DNA of 32,000 nucleotides from Candidatus Iainarchaeum sp. (GCA_028700115.1 JAQVTI010000001.1:1-32000); one strand, 5' to 3'; positions 16,910-27,101 are shown, numbered from the stretch's first letter. The notes: generated by a model not told the origin, from the letters alone. Made by a program: numbers and translations.

Positions 16910-17767
16910 CTAAAAAACAAATAACCCTATTGTTAAAATATTTCTAAAACCTGTAGAAAAACCTAAAATTATAATAAATAATTTAAAAAATTTATTTTCA
17001 TCTTCACCTTTAATAAATTTATTAATTATTAATAAAAGAAAAAAAGAAAAAAAAATTTTAAAAAAAACAAATAAAAAAAAACTATTTGATAAAATTAAAC
17101 TAGATAAAATATGAGACTCTTTAAAAATATTAGGAAATAAAACTAAACCAGAAACACTAGTAATAGAATCTAAAATTTGAGAAAAAACTACAAGTTTATT
17201 TTCAAATGGTTTTAAAAGACTGAAATTAAATATTTTAAATATTAAAAAAATAAACAAAAAAAGCAAAATACAAAAAAATAAAATTATAAAAAAATAAAAA
17301 CTAAAAGAAAGATTAATAAAAACATAAAATAATAATATAAAAAAAGAAAAATATACAATTAATTCAATAAAAAATAACTTAGAAATATTAAACAATTTAG
17401 AAAAATATAATGATAATTCATAAAGAATTAAAAAAATAAGCCCTAAAAGAATAAAAATATTAGGATATATAGAATAAAAACCTAAACTGAGAGGATTTTT
17501 AGAAAAATCAATAATTTTTCCAATAGAGGAATAATTTTGAGAAAACATTCTTAAAATAGAACCTATTAATGAAAAACAAAAAACTAAACAAATAAATCTT
17601 AAATTAATTTTTTGATGCTTAAATCTCAAATATGGATAAATTATAAAAAAATATATAATAATACCAATAATTGAAAAAAGAAAAGTATTATAGATAGTAT
17701 AACCTTTATCAAATAAATTTAATCTTACAAAAAAATTTATAAGATTATTAATATATATACTATTCAT
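16910..17767 (-). CDS. Polytopic integral membrane protein, function unknown (possibly the archaeal DUF63-type family)
   Basis: 285 aa, hydrophobic almost throughout, with 7 or more predicted helices. The N-terminal GYTIYNTFLFSIIG...LRF segment loosely recalls DUF63, from memory only. Confidence 0.55.
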   Translation of the reverse strand: MNSIYINNLINFFVRLNLFDKGYTIYNTFLFSIIGIIIYFFIIYPYLRFKHQKINLRFICLVFCFSLIGSILRMFSQNYSSIGKIIDFSKNPLSLGFYSIYPNIFILLGLIFLILYELSLYFSKLFNISKLFFIELIVYFSFFILLFYVFINLSFSFYFFIILFFCILLFLFIFLIFKIFNFSLLKPFENKLVVFSQILDSITSVSGLVLFPNIFKESHILSSLILSNSFFLFVFFKIFFSFFLLLIINKFIKGEDENKFFKLFIIILGFSTGFRNILTIGLFVF

Positions 17768-17863
17768 TAAATAAAATATTATTAGAAAATATAATAAATT
17801 TAACTATTTATTAAAAACAAAAAAAGATTTATCTTTTTATAACTATTTACACATATATATATT

Positions 17864-18916
17864 ATGACAGAAAAAATAATTACAATAAAAACATCTAAAA
17901 AAGATGCAAATAAAATTATTAAAGAAATAAAAGATTTAAAAAATTTTGATAATAGGTATAAAATAAAAACCAAAGATGAAAATATATTTATACCAATTAA
18001 AAAAATTCCAAAAGATATAAATTTAAAAAAAATAATTTATTTTAAAAATCTAGAAAAACAAAAGCAAATTGGGAAAAATTATAAAGACTTTTTAAAAATA
18101 GAAAATAAGATACCTTTAGAAATAATTAAAACATTACCATCATCTTATGATATTGTAGGAGATATATTAATAATTAATATAGAAAATAAAGAAACAATTA
18201 GAAACCACTCTACAAAAATTTGTGAAGCATTAAAAAAAGTAAATCCACATATAAAAGTAGTTTTAAATAAAAAAAAAGAACATCATGGTATTTATAGAAC
18301 ACAAGACTTAGAATGGATTTGGGGGGATTTTAGAAAAGAAACAACAATTATAGAAAATGGATGTAATATAAAAACAAATGTGGAACAAGTATTTTATTCA
18401 ACAAGACTTGCAACAGAAAGAAAAAGAATAGCAAAACTTGTAAAAAATGATGAAATTATTGGGGTTTTTTTTGCAGGAGTAGGACCTTTTGCATTAACTA
18501 TTGCAAAACTTGCAAAACCTAAAGAAATAATTGCAATAGAATTAAACCCAATTGGAGAAAAATATCTTAAAGAAAATATAAAAAACAATCATTTTGAAAA
18601 AATAATTAAACCAATTTTAGGAGATGTAAAAGAAATCTCAAAAAAATATAAAAATTATTTTGATAGAATACCTATGCCTTTACCAAAATCTGCAGAAACT
18701 TTTTTAGAAAATGCAATTTATTCTATAAAAAATAATGGAATAATACATATTTATAATTTTGTTTCAAAAAACAATCCATATGAAGAATTAGAAAAAATTA
18801 TAAATAAAAAAGCACAAGAAAATAATGTAAAATTAAATATCATATTTAAAAAAATAATAAGAAGCTTTTCTGCAACAACAGTTCAAATAGCAATGGATAT
18901 TAAAATAGAAAAATAA
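17864..18916 (+). CDS. trm5: tRNA methyltransferase of the Trm5/Taw2 (Met-10+ like) family (tRNA m1G37 / wyosine pathway)
   Basis: YDIVGDILIINI (D2-domain signature), FYSTRLATERKRIA, the SAM-binding FFAGVGPFALTIAK, and AIELNP. About 350 aa, the size I would expect for archaeal Trm5a/b. Confidence 0.85.
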   Translation: MTEKIITIKTSKKDANKIIKEIKDLKNFDNRYKIKTKDENIFIPIKKIPKDINLKKIIYFKNLEKQKQIGKNYKDFLKIENKIPLEIIKTLPSSYDIVGDILIINIENKETIRNHSTKICEALKKVNPHIKVVLNKKKEHHGIYRTQDLEWIWGDFRKETTIIENGCNIKTNVEQVFYSTRLATERKRIAKLVKNDEIIGVFFAGVGPFALTIAKLAKPKEIIAIELNPIGEKYLKENIKNNHFEKIIKPILGDVKEISKKYKNYFDRIPMPLPKSAETFLENAIYSIKNNGIIHIYNFVSKNNPYEELEKIINKKAQENNVKLNIIFKKIIRSFSATTVQIAMDIKIEK

Positions 18917-18917
18917 A

Positions 18918-21239
18918 TTATTTTTCTAAATCTTTTTTCAAAGATAATTTTTTTTGATTTTTTTTAACTTGTTTTTTAGAAAGATCTTTAGAAAGATCTT
19001 TTTTTCTTTTTAAAAGATTTTCTATTTGACAATTAATTATTTTTAACTCAGATTCTTTTTCAATTGAATGAAAATGATGTTCTTTTTTAACTTCACATTT
19101 AATATTATTTTTTAAACAATCTTTTTCTTTAATAAAATTTAATTCTAAAAGATATTTATTTCTTAATTCTTTATAAGTAAAAGGAGAAATTTTACCATCT
19201 AAAAGATCCTCATCTAATTGAGATATTTTTTGTTTAATATGTTCTTTTTTTGTATGATTATATTTATATATTTCAAAAAATATAAAAAAAGTTATTATTA
19301 CTAAAAAAAATAAAACAAAATAAATTAAATAATTATTTTTATCATTTTTATAAATTACAAAATTTTGAGAAACATTATCAGATTCTAAAATATTAGAAGT
19401 ATCTAAATTATTAGAAGTATATAAATTATTTAAATTATCATCGATAGAATCTTGAATAATTATTTGAATATCTGCACTATTATAAAAATCTAAAATAACT
19501 TCTTCAACTTCAAATAATCTATTTGAAATATTTAAAATAGAATTTGAAGTTTTTAAATTAGAAAGTGAAGACTCTGGATTTTTATTTTCATAATACAAAT
19601 AATTTTCATAAAAATAAATTGCATGATCTAAAAAAAGTTTAGACCAAACATTGTCTTTAGAATTTAAAGAATTTATTGACCTTAAAGAATTATTTAAATA
19701 TTCATAATTTTTATAAAATAAAGAATTATCGAAAAGCTCAACATTATTTTGTTCAATAGTTTCTAAAACAGCAAATGCAGATGCAGAATCAAAAAGAGAA
19801 GTAACATACCAACCTCTTTTAAAATTATATTTTGCAGAATCAAATCTTCTTACAAAATCAGAATCGGTTGCAATTTCAGGATTAGAAATCATTAACTTAT
19901 TTTCTATATCTATAATTTTATTTTGAGCAATTTCTTTAAAATAATTAGATTCTACAAACTTATTTTTAGAATCTGTAATACCTACATCTAAAAAATCATT
20001 TGCAATATCAGCCCATGAATTTGCATAAGAATAATCTGTTATTTTTTCTATTGGTCCTTTTAAAGAATAATTACTTATTTTAATATTATCTAATTTATTT
20101 CTAGCCCAAGTTATTCTTTGTTTTGCACCTATACACCATTCTAAATTTTCTAAAGAACAAAAATTAGTTCTATTTTCTACTAATTTAATTTTTTTTTCTA
20201 AATCATCAAGTCTTATATCAAAAATAGTAGAAGAATCAGAAATAATAGAAGGATTTGTAATAATCTCATCAACAACTGTTAAATTTATAAAAGTCACAAA
20301 AGAATTATTTGCTGCAGAATATAAAAAATTTCCTTCAGAATATAATTTAGATTTATTTAAACCATCTTCTGCATAAGAAATAACTTCAAGCATACTTTGC
20401 ATAATAGAAGAATCATCTAAATCTGTTTTAGACAGATTTTCGGTGGTAACTTTTAATTTTTTTTCAGCTTCAATTATATATTTATCTACTAAAATTTTCA
20501 TTGGTTCTACAGCTTTAGAATATTTTATATTTTCTGGAAAATAAGAATCTGTTTCTAAAAAATTATCTTGATTAATATCAATTGAAGAAATATCTTTTTT
20601 TGCAAAAGACATTACTTGATCAATTGTTTCTGCTTCAATTATTTTCATACCATATTTATCATAAATATAATCTATTAAATCAACTTTATAAATTTCTCCA
20701 TTTTCATTAATCATTTGAGATCTATTACCAACAGGTATAAAAAATAACTTAATACCAACTTCTGCAGCTTTAATAGTTTTTTCTAAAATTCCCCCAACAT
20801 CTCCTATATGCCCATCATTAGAAATAGAACCTGTAAGACTAATAGAATCTATATTTAAATCTTCAAACATAGAAATTATTAAAAAAGCCATAGCAGAACC
20901 TGCTGAAGGACCATCTACACTATATGCATTTGATTCTATATCTATTGTAAAATTATATTTATTTTTAATATCTTGATCAAGATAAAGATCTGCAGTAGAA
21001 ATAGCATGTTTTACAGATTCTTGAGTAGAACTACCTACAATAGATTCATCTATCGAAGAATAAATTTTTCCAATACCATCTATTATTGAAATATTTAATT
21101 TTGCTTCCATTGCATTTTCAGAAGACCCAACTGCAAAAATACTCATAGTTTGATTTGGAATTAATGCTGAAACAGAAGGCAACAAAATAATTATTATTAA
21201 AAAAATACTTATTAAATTTCTTAAATTCATTAAAATCAC
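18918..21239 (-). CDS. Membrane-anchored extracytoplasmic Lon-protease-domain (S16) serine peptidase without an ATPase domain, with a SHOCT-like cytoplasmic tail
   Basis: Signal peptide MNLRNLISIFLIIIILLPSVSA. Lon_C catalytic motifs are VDGPSAGSAMAFLI (Ser) and GDVGGILEKTIKAAEVGIKLFFIP (Lys). A single TM (YLIYFVLFFLVIITFFIFFEIY) lies near the C-terminus, followed by LLDGKISPFTYKELRNKYLLEL and a K-rich coiled tail. The likely start is ATG at 21230, preceded by GTGAT (21239-21235). Confidence 0.8.
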   Translation of the reverse strand: MILMNLRNLISIFLIIIILLPSVSALIPNQTMSIFAVGSSENAMEAKLNISIIDGIGKIYSSIDESIVGSSTQESVKHAISTADLYLDQDIKNKYNFTIDIESNAYSVDGPSAGSAMAFLIISMFEDLNIDSISLTGSISNDGHIGDVGGILEKTIKAAEVGIKLFFIPVGNRSQMINENGEIYKVDLIDYIYDKYGMKIIEAETIDQVMSFAKKDISSIDINQDNFLETDSYFPENIKYSKAVEPMKILVDKYIIEAEKKLKVTTENLSKTDLDDSSIMQSMLEVISYAEDGLNKSKLYSEGNFLYSAANNSFVTFINLTVVDEIITNPSIISDSSTIFDIRLDDLEKKIKLVENRTNFCSLENLEWCIGAKQRITWARNKLDNIKISNYSLKGPIEKITDYSYANSWADIANDFLDVGITDSKNKFVESNYFKEIAQNKIIDIENKLMISNPEIATDSDFVRRFDSAKYNFKRGWYVTSLFDSASAFAVLETIEQNNVELFDNSLFYKNYEYLNNSLRSINSLNSKDNVWSKLFLDHAIYFYENYLYYENKNPESSLSNLKTSNSILNISNRLFEVEEVILDFYNSADIQIIIQDSIDDNLNNLYTSNNLDTSNILESDNVSQNFVIYKNDKNNYLIYFVLFFLVIITFFIFFEIYKYNHTKKEHIKQKISQLDEDLLDGKISPFTYKELRNKYLLELNFIKEKDCLKNNIKCEVKKEHHFHSIEKESELKIINCQIENLLKRKKDLSKDLSKKQVKKNQKKLSLKKDLEK

Positions 21240-21315
21240 ATATATATTATATTAAAAACACATATAATATACATATAAATATTTATATACTTATTTATAA
21301 AAAGAAAAAAAGAAA

Positions 21316-21777
21316 TTACTTTTTATTTTTAAAAAGTAAATTGAATTTTTTTGTAATTCTTAAAACATTTTTTCTACCGTTTTTTTCAACAGTAATTAAA
21401 TCTAAATCTTTTAAGATCTTTAAATCCTCATGAGGTCTTTTTCTAATTATTTTTGATTGATCAATTGGTGAATTTAAAGATATATATGCAAGAGTTTTAA
21501 GTTCAGATTTAGAAAGAATAGTTCCAGTTGCAAAAATATTAAATGAATGAAAATCAGGTTTAACAACCATTTCAATTTTTTTATTATCTCTTAAAATTGA
21601 AATAGAGGTTTTTCTTTTATTATATTCTTCAACTAATTCTTCAACTGAAATATCTATTAAATCAGAAGAAATATTTGGAAGAGCCTTATATATTGTCTTT
21701 ATATTAACTCCTTTTGGAGACATAAATAAGATTGCTTCAATTGCTTGTTTTAAATAATCTGCACTCTCTTTATCCAT
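21316..21777 (-). CDS. scpB: Segregation and condensation protein B (SMC-ScpAB complex subunit)
   Basis: AIEAILFMSPKGVNIKTIYKAL is the typical ScpB N-terminus. A second winged-helix pattern follows: LSKSELKTLAYISLNSPIDQSKIIRKR...LKDLDLITVEKNGRK...ITKKFNLLF. Confidence 0.85.
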   Translation of the reverse strand: MDKESADYLKQAIEAILFMSPKGVNIKTIYKALPNISSDLIDISVEELVEEYNKRKTSISILRDNKKIEMVVKPDFHSFNIFATGTILSKSELKTLAYISLNSPIDQSKIIRKRPHEDLKILKDLDLITVEKNGRKNVLRITKKFNLLFKNKK

Positions 21778-21786
21778 ATAAAACCA

Positions 21787-24486
21787 CTATTTGCCATCAG
21801 AATTATAATTTGTAATTACTCTATTTTCAAAATCTGTAATTGCATAACCATCTAAAGTTTCAACTCTTAGACAATAATTACAACTATAGGTACTTGATTG
21901 CTCATTACAAGTTTGAACAAAAGGAATTAATTCTGTAGAAGTAAATGACTTAGAATAAGTGCCATTTGAATATATTCCATTTCCAAAAATTAAAGTAGAT
22001 CTATCTTCACAAATTCCATTTCCTTCTGGATTTACAAAATATGTAAACTTTACAGAGTTAGGAGGATAACTAGAAATGTCTGGAAAATTTAAAGGAGTTA
22101 CATGTGTATATAAAGTCCCTCCACCATTTGCAAAATTATAAGGATTAACTGGATTTTGAAGAGTAAATGAAGGCTTTGTTATTGTCCATACATAATATGG
22201 AGTTTGATAAGTTTGATTTGCTCCTCCTGCAATTGGAGTAGCTATAACTTTTAGAGAAATATAATAAGATTTACTTATTCCATCATCTACAATAAAACCT
22301 AAATCTTTCATATTAGCATTATTTTCAAAACCAGAAAAATTACAAGAATCTAAAAATTCAACAGGAGTTCCAGAAATAGATTCTTTTCTATACCAAATGC
22401 ATTGTGGATTTTGATAATTTTCAGAATCATACATACTTTCAAAATCTTGATATTCATATTCACTAATTGAACCAATAACTGCATTTGTAGTATGATTAGG
22501 CAAAACAATTTCTGCAGTTAAATCTGGGATATTTGGATCAAGAATAGTAACAGATGAAACATCTGTAACTTCACAAGCAGAAGGATTTGCAAGACATGCA
22601 GAAGTATCTGTTGCAGTTAAATTAAAAGTATATTCTCCAGGAGAACTTAAAGTAGTTGTTCCTGAACAAGTATTATATGTATGAACTATTTGATTACTTG
22701 AATTTTTAATTTCATAAACACAAGAAACTTGTCCAATATTTCCAGAATAATTTGTAGAAAAATTAATTGTTTGATCAAGATTATATGTAGAATTATCTAC
22801 AGGTTCATTTACACTTGCTGCAAAATTATATGAAGAATTATTAGTTATATTTAAATATTTAGCACTAGGAATATACATTCTACAATTATCTTGTAATATT
22901 AATTTTAACTCTTTATTTTGCCCAACATCTGATAAATCAAAAGTATAAGTTGTATCACAAACATTTGCAATTACTTGACCATCTAACTTCCAAGTACAAG
23001 AAACATTCCCATTTTCTTGAGAATAAAATGCTTTTAAATTTACAGATTCCTCAACTTCAAAATCAGTTTGAGAAGAAGGAGAAAAAAAACCTCCTATAAG
23101 TCCTTTTACTGAAAAAGTTTTACTAGAATATGAAGAACTAGAATCATCAGTTGCAACAACATTTAAATCATATGCAAATGTATTAATATCATTACAAGTA
23201 ACATCATAAACTGTATTACAACCATTTGCAATAGATTCATTATCTAAAAACCACTCACAATTAACAGTTCCATAATTATTCTCATAGCTTGCATCTAAAT
23301 TAATTGTTTCTCCAGCATTTGCAGAACCCGGAGTAATAGAATCTATTAAAACTGTTAAAGCGCCTCGAGAAAAAACTGAAATATTAATATTTTTATTAAG
23401 AGTTGTACAAGTATCAGTTATAACTAAATTTAAATCTTGATTATTTCCAACATCTCTTTCTTGTAAAATATAAGTATCATCATCACATACAGAAGAAATT
23501 AAATTATCTCCTAAATACCAATTACAATCTAAATTATTAATACCCCCAAAAATATTTAAATTTGAAGAACTTAAAATAATTTCATCCCCAACATAATAAT
23601 TTAAACTATTGCTTGGGGAATTTATAGCTGAAGATAAAGATAAAATGTTTGCATTAATCCAATCATTTACATTTTCAGAATTATTAATTACATCTACAAT
23701 TAAATTATGATCACTACCAACATCTGAACATTCTGGAGTATAAATCACTTGACATATATTTGATAATGAAAATAAATTTTTATTAGTATTATCATTTTTA
23801 ATTAGATTCCAATCACAAGAATAATCCCCAGAATTATTATTTACTGATGCATTTAAAGTATAATTTAAACCAGGAGTAAAAGAATAACTATTACTTGTTG
23901 TAGGAGATGTAATTTCTACACTTAATAGTTCTGGAGTTGATTCATTATCAACAACAGAAATTGTAATATCATCATTTGCAGTATTTCCATTAAAATCTTT
24001 TACAGAAACATTAATAACATAATTACCAGCATTTGGAAAATTATTATCTGGTAATGAAATATTAGCTCCATAACAAGTATCCTGTAATTCATATAATAAA
24101 TTACTTCCAACATACCAATTACAATCATAACTTCCAGAATTATTATCTACAGTTGCAGAAAAATAAATTAAATCATTTTCAGCAATATTATAATCTTCAG
24201 ATGAAGATGGAGAATTAATTAAAACATCTAAATTATTATTTGTAACATTATTAACATTAGAAGAAGAGTTTAAATTAGAAACTTCATTTAAAAAATTATT
24301 AACAACATCTTCTGAAGAAGATGCTGTTTTTGAAGCAGAATCAATATTTTTATTTGAAGAATTAATAATTACAATCCCTACAAAAATTGCACCAACTATT
24401 AAAACAGCTAAAATAACTATTAATTCTATTGAAACTTGTGCTTTTTTTTTTTTTGAATTTTTTAAAAAATTAGAATATGTATTCAT
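21787..24486 (-). CDS. Large pilin-like surface protein: archaeal class III (type IV prepilin-type) signal peptide followed by about 7 Cys-containing Ig/PKD-like repeats
   Basis: The N-terminus KKKKAQVSIELIVILAVLIVGAIFVGIVII fits the [KR][GA]|Q...E+5 prepilin signal. A recurring module of about 90-100 aa has conserved Cys and Trp residues (YDCNWYVGSNL.., YSCDWNLIKND.., LDCNWYLGDNL.., VNCEWFLDNES.., VSCTWKLDGQV.., VSCVYEIKNSS.., PQCIWYRKES..). Each ends in a V/I-x-V/A-x-D strand (NVSVKD, LIVDVIN, LVITD, VVATDD, LILQD, LTATD). Confidence 0.8.
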   Translation of the reverse strand: MNTYSNFLKNSKKKKAQVSIELIVILAVLIVGAIFVGIVIINSSNKNIDSASKTASSSEDVVNNFLNEVSNLNSSSNVNNVTNNNLDVLINSPSSSEDYNIAENDLIYFSATVDNNSGSYDCNWYVGSNLLYELQDTCYGANISLPDNNFPNAGNYVINVSVKDFNGNTANDDITISVVDNESTPELLSVEITSPTTSNSYSFTPGLNYTLNASVNNNSGDYSCDWNLIKNDNTNKNLFSLSNICQVIYTPECSDVGSDHNLIVDVINNSENVNDWINANILSLSSAINSPSNSLNYYVGDEIILSSSNLNIFGGINNLDCNWYLGDNLISSVCDDDTYILQERDVGNNQDLNLVITDTCTTLNKNINISVFSRGALTVLIDSITPGSANAGETINLDASYENNYGTVNCEWFLDNESIANGCNTVYDVTCNDINTFAYDLNVVATDDSSSSYSSKTFSVKGLIGGFFSPSSQTDFEVEESVNLKAFYSQENGNVSCTWKLDGQVIANVCDTTYTFDLSDVGQNKELKLILQDNCRMYIPSAKYLNITNNSSYNFAASVNEPVDNSTYNLDQTINFSTNYSGNIGQVSCVYEIKNSSNQIVHTYNTCSGTTTLSSPGEYTFNLTATDTSACLANPSACEVTDVSSVTILDPNIPDLTAEIVLPNHTTNAVIGSISEYEYQDFESMYDSENYQNPQCIWYRKESISGTPVEFLDSCNFSGFENNANMKDLGFIVDDGISKSYYISLKVIATPIAGGANQTYQTPYYVWTITKPSFTLQNPVNPYNFANGGGTLYTHVTPLNFPDISSYPPNSVKFTYFVNPEGNGICEDRSTLIFGNGIYSNGTYSKSFTSTELIPFVQTCNEQSSTYSCNYCLRVETLDGYAITDFENRVITNYNSDGK

Positions 24487-24571
24487 AAATTATCAACTTA
24501 TTAAAATATATATTTATTTTATAGTTAATATATTTTATAAACTTATGGTTTTAAAAAAATCTAATAAAAAA

Positions 24572-25237
24572 CTAGTTTAAAATTTTAATAAATATCTCTG
24601 AGAAAAAATCTTCTTGCCATATATTAACTTTTTTATCTTGATTTAAAAAAAGTAAAGGTATAAAAAAATTATCAACTAAATCCAAATTAGAAATATCTTT
24701 TGCTAAAAAAGAAAAAGTAATACAACCTACTTCATCTACATTCTTTTTTAAAATAGAATATAAATTTTTAATTCTTATATTTATTTCTTCAGTCTTTTTA
24801 GGCATTACAAAGACTTCTTCTTTTTTTTCTTTAATCTTTCTATCAATATTTTGTTTTGTAGGTCTATTCATAATAAAATCTACAACATCAATAAGTTCAT
24901 CTAAAGAAACTTGACCTTCTTTAAATCTCACTGGATTATCTAAATTTATATTATTTAATAAATCATCTTCTGTAGGAATTTTTAATTCATCTTCATCATC
25001 AACTATACTTGTAAGTTTTAGAGAATAAGCTTTAAGTTTTAATAAAATTGCAGCAGCAAGTAATGCATTTGCAGGAATTAATAAATTATCTTCTTTCATT
25101 TCTTTTATTTTTAATAAATATAAATCTGTTAATTTAATTAAATCTACATTCCATAAATCAAAATCATTAGATTTAACAAGCTCAGTTAGAAGTATCTTCC
25201 AATTTGGTTGTTTTATTATATTTACTAATTGGTCCAT
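24572..25237 (-). CDS. scpA: Segregation and condensation protein A (kleisin of the SMC-ScpAB complex)
   Basis: DLIKLTDLYLLKIKEMKEDNLLIPANALLAAAILLKLKAYSLKL matches the conserved ScpA N-terminal helix pattern. It has a C-terminal winged-helix-like end and is about 220 aa. Confidence 0.85.
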   Translation of the reverse strand: MDQLVNIIKQPNWKILLTELVKSNDFDLWNVDLIKLTDLYLLKIKEMKEDNLLIPANALLAAAILLKLKAYSLKLTSIVDDEDELKIPTEDDLLNNINLDNPVRFKEGQVSLDELIDVVDFIMNRPTKQNIDRKIKEKKEEVFVMPKKTEEINIRIKNLYSILKKNVDEVGCITFSFLAKDISNLDLVDNFFIPLLFLNQDKKVNIWQEDFFSEIFIKILN

Positions 25238-25333
25238 AAAAATCTTTTAAAAATATAAAATAATACAAAATATATAATAAAATAATATATAAAAATATTT
25301 ATAAAAGGCTTATAATTTAAAAATTATATAAAA

Positions 25334-26017
25334 CTAATTATCAATAATTTTTGCATTAAAAGATTGGGCATCTATATCACAAAGCTTAATTTTTTTAGAT
25401 AATCCTTCTATATATAAAATAGTATCTTTTTCAAAATAAATAACAATATTTTCAGAAATTAATCTAAATTTTGTTGCTTTTGATTTTAAAATTTCTTCAA
25501 AAACTAAATCAATATTTTTAGAAGGCATAACTATATCAATACCCATTTTTCTACCTTTTATTTTTTCAGAAATTTCTAAAAGATCTACAGTCCCAACAAC
25601 ATTAAATTTCAAAATAAATTCTTCTATATTAAAAGAATCAATTATTTTTTTAATAAAATCTTTAGTTTTTAAAGTATCTGCAAAGACATAAGTTCTATAA
25701 GATCTATATTCTTCTAAAAATTTATTTCCATCACACATATCTTTATAAAAAACATCAATATCTTCTTTTATTTCACAAACAGTAGTATGCATTTTTTTAA
25801 ATAAAGAAATTAATTCTCTTTTTTTAATTTCTTTTTCAATATCTTTTTCTAAATGAGAATTTTTATTTTTAATTTCAGAAATATCTTTTAAATCTTTTGA
25901 AATATTGTTAATGATTTCATAAAGAGGTGTATAAAGTTCAACAACTTTATTTGTTCTATATAAATTTTTATTTAAAGATTCAAAAGATTTTTTTAATTTA
26001 GTATCAATATCAGCCAT
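25334..26017 (-). CDS. Hypothetical protein: N-terminal coiled-coil half, C-terminal alpha/beta half
   Basis: A clean 227-aa ORF, co-oriented with and 96 bp upstream of scpA. No motif recognised. Confidence 0.55.
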   Translation of the reverse strand: MADIDTKLKKSFESLNKNLYRTNKVVELYTPLYEIINNISKDLKDISEIKNKNSHLEKDIEKEIKKRELISLFKKMHTTVCEIKEDIDVFYKDMCDGNKFLEEYRSYRTYVFADTLKTKDFIKKIIDSFNIEEFILKFNVVGTVDLLEISEKIKGRKMGIDIVMPSKNIDLVFEEILKSKATKFRLISENIVIYFEKDTILYIEGLSKKIKLCDIDAQSFNAKIIDN

Positions 26018-26180
26018 AAAATCAACCCCTTTAATTATTTATAATTACATTAATAAATATAATTTTAATTTTTAAAATATTAAATTAGAATAAAATATAT
26101 ATCTAATTTAAAAAACCCCTAATAATATATAAAATGTTTAATTAATAAAGGTTTGTTTTTAAGAAAATTAAGTTAAATTA

Positions 26181-27101
26181 CTATTTATTTGACTTAATAT
26201 CTTTATATACAAAATAAGCAGCAATTGCTCCTTGTGAAATTGCAGTAACAATTTGTTTTAATTCAGTTATATTTGTTGCATCTCCAGAAGCAAAAATCCC
26301 AAAAATATTTGTTCTTTGTTCTTTATCTACAATTATTTCCCCAGAATCATTCATATTTAATGAAAGTTTATCAATTAATTCTGTATTTGGAATAGATCCT
26401 ATTTCTATAAATAAACCATCTAAATCTAATAAATCTCCATTATTTAATTTAACTTGCTTCAATTTATCTTCACCAATTAAATTTACAATCTCTGTATTAT
26501 ATATTACAGCTATATTTTTATGAGAATTCAAAGATTCAATCCACATAGGTTCTGCTTTTAATTTATCTTTTCTATAAATTAAATAGACTTTTCTTGCAAT
26601 ATCAGATAAAAGTAAAGCAGATGTAACTGCAGCATCAGAACCTCCAATAACCCCTACAACTTTATCTTTATAAAAACTACCATCACAAGTAGCACAATAA
26701 TGTATTCCATTACCTAAAAATTTATCTTCATTTTCTATACCTAAATGCCTTTTTTTTTTGCCAATTGCAAGCAATACTTTTTTTGACTTTACAGTTTTTA
26801 CATCTGTATTTATTATAAAAAAATCATCTTTTTTAAAAATATCTATAATTTTTTCAAAATTAATATCAACATCTAAAGATTTTACCTGATTAGTTAAATT
26901 TAACATTAAATCCATACCAGAAATTTCCTTAAAACCAGGATAATTACAAATCTTATGAGCAGAACCAGTTGTTCCTCCAAAAGAATCTGTAAAAACAATT
27001 GTTTTTAATTTATATCTTGCAGAATAAATTGCAGCAGTAAGTCCTGAAACTCCTCCTCCAACAATAACTAAATCATAAATATTTTCAGTCATAAAAATCA
27101 C
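26181..27101 (-). CDS. trxB: Thioredoxin reductase (low-molecular-weight TrxR family)
   Basis: FAD motif DLVIVGGGVSGLTAA, redox-active CATC within HYCATCDGSFY, second dinucleotide motif VIGGSDAA, and C-terminal GDAT. The likely start is ATG at 27092 (MTENIYDL...), preceded by GTGAT (27101-27097). Confidence 0.92.
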   Translation of the reverse strand: MIFMTENIYDLVIVGGGVSGLTAAIYSARYKLKTIVFTDSFGGTTGSAHKICNYPGFKEISGMDLMLNLTNQVKSLDVDINFEKIIDIFKKDDFFIINTDVKTVKSKKVLLAIGKKKRHLGIENEDKFLGNGIHYCATCDGSFYKDKVVGVIGGSDAAVTSALLLSDIARKVYLIYRKDKLKAEPMWIESLNSHKNIAVIYNTEIVNLIGEDKLKQVKLNNGDLLDLDGLFIEIGSIPNTELIDKLSLNMNDSGEIIVDKEQRTNIFGIFASGDATNITELKQIVTAISQGAIAAYFVYKDIKSNK

